From assembly GCF_964204645.1 (NCBI RefSeq), contig NC_134028.1, positions 22,502,345-22,566,344 on the forward strand: a stretch of 64,000 nt of DNA. Direction: 5' to 3'. The stretch's first letter is position 1. Each line of letters opens with the position of its first letter. This stretch comes from Tubulanus polymorphus. Taxonomy: Eukaryota; Animalia; Nemertea. Positions 53,901-64,000 of the stretch are shown piece after piece. A model generated the notes under the pieces. That model worked only from the letters and a program-made list of their open reading frames with translations, had not been told where the DNA came from and searched no databases. The position numbers were made by a program, and so were the translations under genes.

Positions 53901-56900
53901 TTCCGGGTTTGCCCAGTTTTGACGAGGCAATGAACGTCAATATCAGCGTTTCGCTTACGGCAGGTCTGTGGTGGGTTTGTAAGGGACGCCGAATCGAAAG
54001 AAATCAGACGAAATCTACCAATCAAATAAATTAACGAGGTAAATCTTCATCAATTATAATAATTATTATTGTTATTATTATAATTATGATTGTAATAGAA
54101 TTTATTTTTATACCGCTCCCCACTGCGTTTGAGAGTGGTTTACATAAACTATGCACATCTTCATTATCACATTTCAATAAAATGTTGTTTAAAAAGGTAA
54201 GTTTTCACGCCAAACTCTAATTCATCGATATCTATGCAGCTGCACAAATTAAAAGGTATTTCAAGTTTTGAAAGTCAGCAAAAATTGATAAATCTATCTA
54301 CCTCTTTTTCTGCACGCTAAAAAATACCGCCGAATAACGTCATCATCCGATTTATATATTTTGGGTGTGTTATAATGTGTTCCGTGACTTGCGTACATCA
54401 AATGTGACAAAATCGCCCCGACTCATCTCTGCTCGCCGCAGTTATGATGGATATAACATTATGCATATGACCGTGTCCATCCCAGATAGGGTCTGTCACC
54501 TAGGTATACGACGGCTAATGTATACGGCCGTATCGGTCCATTAAAAATTCCCATAATCGTAAATCATATAAGGAAAGTGGCCTGCGTAGAATATAACGCG
54601 TAGCCATCGGCGTGCTTTTACCTGGGATCCGTGGAAAAATTGGCGGAAGAGCGCTGCATACTGCAACCCGACAGCGAGTAACCGGCGTCCGATCCTAACG
54701 TTTGTCTTTTTTGCAAAAAATGAACGGCAATGAATGAGGTTTCTATAGATATATGACTGCCTATAATTCAAATAATGAAAATTTCACAATTATAAAAATA
54801 ATATAGCTGCAAAGCAGCTTTATCGGATTTTCCGACCAGCTATGCTGTCTAGATTAAGGTATTTAAAGGAAATAAAAATGCTTCATCTGCGGGATTCGAA
54901 CTTGATGTGGCACCTTCAGAAACAAAAATGAATTGTTGGGGATTCGAGCCAGATATAAATGGAAAAAGTGAAAAAGTGCCGTAGAAGCGAACCGGTACAG
55001 ACCAGATTGGGATATTCTCGGAGCATTCATTTCGGAGTGACTGTTATATTTCTATCAAAATTTGAAAAACAATAGTCTTCAATCAGCAAAACACGTTACC
55101 GTCTTGTATGTATGCGTATAGTCAGTTTGGAATCATCGTGTATTAATTGGACGATAAATGGTAACCCTTGGATTAAGGGGCATAAAGCCAGAAAAGAACC
55201 GTCAAGCAAGCAAGGAATCCTCTCTTGATCTCTGGATTGACGAGAACCAATGACTGTTTTAACCAATCTATACTGATGCACCCCTCCTTCTCTTGTTTTC
55301 TAAGCCCATCGTTGCCCATGTGTTCTCCTTTGTAACGCCGTATTATGAATTCTGGGGCCGACATTATGAATATTTCATGTTTCACGCAAAGAAAATTGTA
55401 TTATTTGCGTTTGCGTCGAATCTGTGTTCGTAGTAATGACGTCGCGGTATAATAATCCCCGCTTGGCGCTGCTAGTAGTGGTTGGTGATAAATTGATTGA
55501 TCGCCCGGTGTCCGTCTGTCTGTCGACATTCCTCTGAATACTTTATAAACAGTGACAGACTCGTCCGGTCGATAAACAAAGGTGTGATCGGTTAATGGTC
55601 GGCTATTAGCGTTTACGTTATCTCTCACACAATCTCACACTCTTTTAACGGTTTTTCTGGTCGTTTTTGAAAAAGAAAATCGACTAGATGGCGTTAGTCG
55701 CATCCGGTCATTTCTCTACAATTAGTGATTCCATTCCATCATTTGTTTGTTTTTTTCTCGGCATTTTTGTGATATTCTTCGCTGAGTTTTAAACCCCTGT
55801 CAGCGTTTTTTTTTTGGATACAATCGAATACAACTTAAGGCGACAATATGGACTTCAAAGGGGCTATGACCCCTTGCTGGACTGAACAATATCTAGGAGT
55901 TTTGTATTGGCCCTTTTCTTCATCAATTGTCTATACTTCATCAATTTACATCAATCTACAACTGGAATACCATCTGACGTTCATGGTTAGTTTTTGAAGG
56001 GCAGCACCTTACCGCTTGCGAAGATCCGGTGGGTTTACTAGAAACACGACACGGTCCATTGCCAAACAAAGGGAGGTTTCGATTGGGCGTAGTCCAGTTT
56101 AGAAATACCAATCCCGGATTACAAACTCTCCATCAGTCGCTTCTATATCAGGTTAACATACTATGCTATTCCGGAATAGGTACGTAGAGCTTATTGAGGT
56201 CGAAACGATCGCGAAAACAGAATTCCAGATTCAGTAGAGACCAATGGGAACCTGCCTGAACATCTGCCATTTATAAGGGCGCTTTAGAAATCCCAGAGGG
56301 TTAATATTCTAAAATAACAGTGTGCTGATTAAGAAAATCTGTGTATGGTTGAATCCAAGAGTCCTCCATACAGTTCGGCAAACAGAACGAAACAAGATTT
56401 ACCAATTAACGTGACGACTCGAATTAACTCTACTTGATAAACTAACGAACAATCGGTATCGTTCATGAAGTACCCGACGCGCTCTCCTTCGCGTTGTGAT
56501 ATACGCGGGGAGTCCCGATCAGAATTCCGCCGCCGGATTTTTCAGGGATCGAATCCCAGTACGTATTAAAGCCCAGACACAAGCATAACCTGTTGACCAG
56601 TAGAACTAGTCCATCTGGTTAGTCATAGGCTAGTGTTTATACAGGATTTTCCCATTTTGGGATTTTCACCGGGGATTCTTACCTTTATTCGGTTATACAG
56701 CTTATTGTATTTACGTAACATCACGGGCGGATCTAAGAGGAGGGTGCAGGGGTGGAGACCTTCCCCTAAAATGTCAAGTTGGACTAAAATTTCACGGGAA
56801 AATGAAAAAAGATTAAATCGATACCTATAAAAGTTCAAAATCATCAAGCTTGTCCTCTGTATTTCCACAAAATGAGTTGAGTTGAGCTTTCTTTTCATTA

Positions 56901-59884
56901 TGATGTGCCCTATTTTGGAGGTGCACCACTCCCAGCACCTACCGAATATACAATACTTTCATTCTTCTACTCAGATATCGGTGTAGTTTTCATGAATAGT
57001 TGATTCATTAAAGGTTTTTGATTGAAATTGACGACAAACTATCTATTAACAAACCTAGCGGATCCTCACCTGCCATACGTGGAATCCTCGATTGCCACAA
57101 AAGCACTGCGGGTACCCCATTGTTTAACTTGTTTAACGAATATGAGAACAAAAATCATTAAAACGAGACACGCCGTATACGATTGTATTGTTGCGATAAT
57201 GAAATCATTTTCGTCCGTCGTGCAAACCTCTCTGACTGGATGGTACTCGACGTATGACAGTGTATACAGTATCGGTACACAATACTAATGACTTGCGTAA
57301 ATTAGATCGGCCTCTTCTGGTCAGAGATTGACGCGGTAGAGGTCACCTTCGACGAAAAACGCGATGATGCGTACGTCTTATACACTGCGTCAATAGAGCA
57401 TACACGTGCTAGGCTAATTGAAGAAGATGAAATAACAAATAATGCGACATATAAAGTTTCTAATTATGGTTTCATTTCGGTGCCCGATAAGGAGATCCCG
57501 GCGTAAAATGCAAAATTACTAATGGTGCACCGAGCAGCGGAAATGTCAAAGGGACCCAGCTGGGTGAAGATGTGTTCGTTTGGTTAATTCATACGCATTC
57601 GTATCTTTTTATAGTTGAATTCACCGCCGCATGAAAGGCTTTGCGTTGTCTTCTATTCTCGTGAAATATGTTCTTATTACGAGCCTTTGTAAGATCACGC
57701 GCTTACACCACCGCCGCAAACACTACAACCGCATATTTGCCACGTGCGAAATTGCTCTTGATAATCAGGATAAAACCAGGCACCGCTCGCCGCCGCCGCC
57801 GCCGAGCTGCGAGTCATTGGCATCGTTCTGTAACTTCATTTCCGATTAGAAAATCGCTTCGAATTTGTTAAAATACATTAGATTTTATAAATCTACGACG
57901 CGCGCAGTGGTAACCACGAACTGCGAACGGATTTTACGACCATCCCGGGATTTCCGTGTCTTTATGTCACAATTACCCGAAAACCTTACGTCGTTCACGG
58001 ATGAAAATTTTCACCGGCGGCTAAATACGCCGTAAAACATGTCCAAGCGTCCTTTAGAAATAGTTCACCGTTTAGCGAACGGGTTTCGAGCCCGTGTTTA
58101 AAAGAACGCGCATTAGCGACAGCCCCGCTACGGGTCGGGCGAGAAATTCGATAACGCGAAGTTACGAATCGACGAAAATTGCAGGTGAAGTTGAGAGCGA
58201 CTTGTCGTAGGAAATGCATTTGCGAGATTTCAGGTGTGAGTGCGAGTTTTAGTAAGTTGAATTGCGACCGAAAGTAAAACTCCTTCTCGATCTGAAAACT
58301 GCCAACGCGTCATGCGTCTCCACAGCGCCTTGTTTCCGATTGTCTCTTAACCCCGATTCAAACAGCCGTTCCCTGCTCGTTCATTCACTCTACTCGCAAA
58401 GGCTTTGAAGATTTTCTACTCTGAACCTGAATTATTTTGAAAGACGTTTCAATCAGTCGTTTGGTTCATTAGAAATTCTAGGATTTCGCATTAACGTCTC
58501 CGATGCGAATGTTGAATGTGTATTTGTTTTGGACTCGTGTTCATTAACTGCTGATTTCGATGCTGATACACAATTTGGGGATATTGCGCTTACATAAAAA
58601 GTAAGCGGATTATTCGGAACTTGATTTCACGTAACATTTTTGAGAATCGTGGTCGTGTCACCTCTATGATTGTGTAATCATCATGTTATGTGACTTAAGT
58701 TTGTGGTATCATGGTATGTAAGAGATGGCAAACAAACCTGTCGCGAACGCTCATGCGCAATCTGTAGATCGGCCAAATAGGCCGGTTTTGGATTGTTCTG
58801 GTACAAACCAGTTTGTGTCGTGTACGACGAGCGGTCGCGTTATTGTAACGTGATGAAGGTAGTGGCCTCACTCTCTACCCGTCCCGAATAGCTAGCTAAA
58901 ATATGGTTCTTTTTTATCTTCTCTACGACTAAAAGAAGAAAATCTCAGAAGATTCCAGGAACATCATTTAAGAAGTAATCCACATTTTCAACCAGTCAAG
59001 GAACGGGTTGTTAGTGCCGTATATATTCCAAAATACCCACGGCGGTAAAAGTACATAAAATGGTTTTGATAGTCAAGAAACTAAAACAAAATTGAATGGT
59101 TTTGTAGTCCGATGACAAACGGAAGATCTTCGGGATGATTTGGATGAGTCGCAGTCTACAATGGTTGGACGCGCGACGTGGAAACTATTTCGCAACTTTC
59201 TTGCACCTTTTTACCCCCAGACATATTTATTCGACAAATTGACGTTATCGTGTAAACAGGATGGTGACCGCTCGCGAACGTTGACTGTATATTCGACCGG
59301 TTATGATGTGTTTTTAGGCGCATATCGCCGACGAAGATGTATGCAAATACCTCAGCAATAAAGATCCTCAATTTATAGCTGATAATAGCGTTTAATACCA
59401 CGAACCGCATCGACCCTGTGAGATACGGCACTTTTCACTTATGACTAATGTCCTGTCAAAGGTGCAAGTGATCCTAGCCGTGGTCTGATGGCCGATTCCT
59501 CAAGAAAATTCTTCGAATTATTCGTCGAAAGTGTTTGTTTTGACTAATGTAATATTTTTCCAGCCTCTTGCGTAAATGTTTATTCGATGTGACTAAATCT
59601 TATTTGTTGACCATAACACGTTTTGAAGGTATGAGGAAAACATCGCCCTTCTGTCAGGCGCTGGCGATAGTCTGAAAACAGCCCGGCAAGAAAATATGGA
59701 TTGAAAATACGAGACCATCTTTGTATTGACGGCCCTTAGGACGGGACATAATGTTGTTAATGATTTTTGTTCAATACACTTAATTGTTTTACTATCTGCT
59801 ATAATGTTTAAATGTTTTAGTGCAATGATTGTGTTTAAATAGAGTTGTGCTATATAAGTAAATAGATTATCATTTTTAATATAT

Positions 59885-59980
59885 ATTATTATTATTGTTA
59901 TTATTATTGTTATTGTCGTTATCGTTATCGTTATCGTTATCGTTATCGTTATCGTTATCGTTATCGTTATCATTATTATT
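59885..59980. repeat. (TTA)n/(TTATCG)n compound microsatellite
   Basis: Seen directly. Confidence 0.95.
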
Positions 59981-62849
59981 AATCCAAAGAAAGAGATGTT
60001 GTATACTATCACTTTCATATTAAATTTGTTTCAAATTCTGATTCCGTTTCCAAACAACTTCTAAGAAAAAAAAATTGTATCAGCTGGATCTGTAAAGGTC
60101 ATATTGATCTGTAAAGGTCATCGACTTTTCGCCGTTACTGTGACATTTGAAACATTTTAAACTTAGAATCAAACAACAATCCCACCCCTGAACGGTTCCT
60201 CAACTGCTGGTGAAAATTGCACGGTTTTCGGTGAATGTAGCGCACCAGTCGCTCGAGCTGCGCTGCTGCTGCTGCTGCTGCTACATTAAGTAATTGCGGC
60301 CTGTCGCGGTTTTTGCAACGACGCCGAAAGAAGAAATTTCCAATCAGTTTATGAAGCGTGAATCAATCTCTCTTGTCAGTCAGTATCTATATTTTCATCT
60401 ATTAAATCTTCGGTCGATCTCGGAAGACCGGTCGTGTCGAAATCCCCCGCCGGAGTATTTACCGTTATAGCAAAAAACGAGTTTCCGACAAGAAAGAAGG
60501 GAATGGTACCGTTTCGATTATCAAAACTCGGACGAACCTCGCTTGGTACAAATAGACGGGCACAAAAAAGTCCTCTTGAAATTAAGTTCCGTTCAACGGA
60601 GATACCATATGGACAATTTTGGTATCATTCGAAAGCCTTGCATCTTGGCTTCGGGGAATCAATATCCGTTTCCATGGAAACTGGTACAATTTCCATGGAA
60701 ACGGAAACCAAGACTACCAATACCTAATCTGATTTCATAGATAGAAATCCTTTAAAAAGTATGTAGCTCCTAAACCAAAAAGTTGGTCTTTGGTGCCCGC
60801 CTAAACTGCTCGAATGTTGAAAAGAGTCGGAGTTCCTTTTAGGCTAGCGTTTTAACTCTCCCATTAAAGTCATCTTCAGGAAAACGATTTTTCTAAATCA
60901 CAACTATATGTATATATAATACAAACTCGGGATAGTATGTCTAAATTGTCTAATTGAAATTGAAAGCGTGAACAAAATGTGGTAGGCCCTTACAACGAAG
61001 GAATACATATCTCATCAGAACATTGGCTTCTCAAGTACAAAAAGTAGGTACAGATACATGCTGGTTCATTTCTTCCTCAGCCGCAGTGAAAGTCGCGATA
61101 TGGCTGGACTTTCCGTTTTAGTAAACATATACCCAAATATCGCACCGTTCCTTCGAGTCCTCAAGCAAATAAAAGCGTATCCGCATCCGTTCTATTGCCT
61201 GGACGTAGAACCGATCGATACGTTATCTCTGTGAATCCGGTTAGCGCTAATACGCGGATAAACATATCTCGGGATCGTCAACTTTTATTCCTTAATGTCA
61301 TTTGCCGAGTCGATTTGACGCCGTAATACAATTGACGCGGGGTTTAAAGTATTTAACCTGTGATTGCGGACGAGAATTGAGTTATCGGGGTTCAGTCACT
61401 AATGGCTTTATAGATCGAGGCGATTTACGGCAGAATTAGCCCGCGCGCGCGTGTGTACTGTAGCCGTCGTCGACCGTGCGACATGAAATGACAGTCGAAG
61501 ACTTCCTGATTTAACGCCGCGCATCGCAAACCCTTTTAAAATGAAAGCCGCGAGTGAAGAAAAATATATATGCCTACTATACAAATATCTCCGATAATCG
61601 GGACTCGAACCCTGAAGCAGCCACCCGTGCACCTGCACGTATTTCTAGCCAAAATTTGAAAGGTCACGACAGATATGCAAATGAAGCGATTCATACGATA
61701 TCATGCGCTGTCGCCACAAACAAATGATGTACACACACGTGAATTTCGAAAAGGTCGAATAGAGACTTTGTCGGTGTCAACTGCTGATATCTGCATGAAA
61801 AAAGTTCAACATTGAAAATGTACGGGAAATATATATAATTCTATGAGATCGTTAAGATTGTTCGATGGTATCAGTTTGATATACTCACGAAATTGATTTC
61901 CGATAAATTTTCAGTCAAAGGATTCTATGTATCTATCATCATAGTAATTTAGTGAGTACAATACGTCGCACACTATGGGGACTCTTACGTTCGACTGTGG
62001 CAATCGAGGATTCCAATTGTGGCAAGTGAGAATCCGCCAGGTTCGCTAGTGTGCATTCAGACAACAACTCCCGGATTTCTTCTCAGATTAAATTAAAATC
62101 TCCGCATAATTTCTCAAATTATTTGAATGATGATTTGTAAAATCCACCTTCTATATGAACCTAAAGATGTGAGTTTATCAAGAGGAGTCGGGATTTGCCC
62201 TATTTCTAATCAGAGGGAGGATAAAAATCTAGATGAAAGTACATTGAAAATGAAATAGATTTTGACAGGGTTGTTGCACTGATACGCGCACCATCTAGTG
62301 AGATAGCTGGTGGTACAGAGTCCCCAATATGCCTCACTTCTTTCGATTTCAGTTTCTTTATCAATGATAGCTTCGTAGCGGCTTAGTCGACATGGCACGT
62401 TTGGCGATACACGACCAACTCGCCATCTGGTGGATACGGTATTCAGCACCTCCATCACTGGAATCTGCAATAGCTCCCGCTAGTACGAATCCATTCATGC
62501 CGTGTGCCAATTGCTTCACCCGCCATCTGGTTCAAAAGAAAGAATTTAATTCGGAGACTCACTAAACATTGGCCTGATACACGATATCTTACTTCTTAAC
62601 CCAGCCAAGCTCAGGGCGACTATGATCTGATCAGATCGGCGGATCCGAAGGAAGCGAGTCTACGATTTTCTTATGGGGAACCTACTCGACATGCGACAGC
62701 GACGGATTTATCGCGGACCGATAAAAGATTTGCGCACCATATCAAATTATCACCATACCATGATGTAATTCATATTCAGTAGCACCAAAAATTCATAAAG
62801 ACTATATGAATTTTTGTTAGAACGGTTTGGTTTTACGTTAACACGAAGC

Positions 62850-63080
62850 CACTGAATATAAGTGTAAAATCCTACAATAAAAGAATGAATAACTAAAACG
62901 TTTCTTTAAAATATGTCGGTAGTTTTGTACCAGCCTTTTTCAGTCTAGAATGGTACATTTTCTATGTTGTTCTATATTTTGTTCTTTAATACGTTATGTA
63001 TCTATATTTCCAAATAAAGGTTTTAGTCATTCATTCTACTATTGTGGGATTTTACACATATTGTCTTATCACGGATATTC
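62850..63080. mobile_element. Fold-back element related to the 47118 copy
   Basis: Inverted arms gtgtaaaatcctacaata../tattgtgggattttacac and a cacggatatt tail. Confidence 0.5.
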
Positions 63081-64000
63081 TGATCAACTGATTCATTTAC
63101 TAAATATAACTGGCTATACAAGAACTTACTAAAACGTCTAAGAATCGCTAGAAAACGTGATCATTGAACGTAAATCTTTGAAGTTAATGAACTCGTCGGC
63201 GACGACGTTGCTCCGTGTCGTGTGTTGACGTTTCGGCTGAAATCTGGATCATATTCGTGATAGATGAATGGTAATTTAAACCTAATTTAGATCGAATCTC
63301 AACGGAGAATAAATAAACCTCGGCAGAGACAGACAGAGAGAAAACGAGCGCTATATAGACGATCGCAGAACATCTGACAGCATGGCGGATCGTTCGGACA
63401 TGTATATTGTCGTAAAAACGACGTCAGGATACGAAAACATGACACGCAGTACATGAACATCGCCCTGCTCGTGATGACGGAAATTTTATGAACATTTTCT
63501 TTGAATTTTCGACTCAAAACCGACGATCTTTTTTATCCTAAATAGGGATTGACCCTGTAATTTTTTATTAGTTCGTTCGTTTTGTTTTTTGTTTTTGATT
63601 TGGTGTCCCTTATACAAACCCACCACGCCTTCTCGGAACGAAACATGGGGTCTGATTTTGAAATCGGAAATCGAAGTGCAGATATAGTTGCGTGATCGAT
63701 GGTCGAGTTTACAGAATCTTCTGTTATAACTCGAAATTTATAAATGAAAATATCGGTTCCTAAACTGATAATCTTTTTAACCGATATAATGCTGCTCCTT
63801 TTGATCGATTGAGTGCGCGCGCACTGTGTACCGCAGTGACCCTGTGTGAGATAGCACTTGAAACCAGGGAAGACACCAATGAACCAACTGTTGGACGCGA
63901 GTGTCCGTTGATCGTATGCGCGGTCACGTGCTACGCCTCAAACCGGACATGAGCAATAATAATGTGTGCGAATCCCGTTCGTCGACATCGTTCTGATGCA

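Noticed and set aside
55096-62470. Short ORFs upstream of RET (e.g. 55173-55385, 59593-60018, 62210-62470)
   Set aside because: No recognisable domains or consistent splice structure; probably chance ORFs or decayed repeats

Overview
Eukaryotic (invertebrate-type, AT-rich, CpG not depleted) genomic DNA. The only protein-coding gene I can support is a complete RET receptor tyrosine kinase orthologue on the minus strand. I assembled it by hand from 21 phase-compatible GT-AG exons (ATG 49422 to stop 23581; 3873 nt, 1290 aa): signal peptide, four cadherin-like domains (CLD), Cys-rich domain, TM helix, kinase and acidic tail. Most intron positions match human RET, including a large (10.5 kb) intron 1. 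Unusual features are a ~75-aa Pro/Arg-rich insert between CLD3 and CLD4, an extra CxC pair plus a Ser/Thr/Pro stalk in the MEN2A-equivalent region, no NxxY (Y1062-type) motif, and three upstream ORFs. The rest is non-coding and full of short repeats: fold-back Penelope-like remnants carrying minimal hammerhead-ribozyme motifs (several on the RET pre-mRNA strand), MITEs, tRNA-derived SINEs in head-to-head pairs, LINE 3' ends, Helitron-like ends and micro/minisatellites. Exon boundaries were read base by base; repeat boundaries are approximate; comparisons to human RET are from memory, not from a computed alignment.
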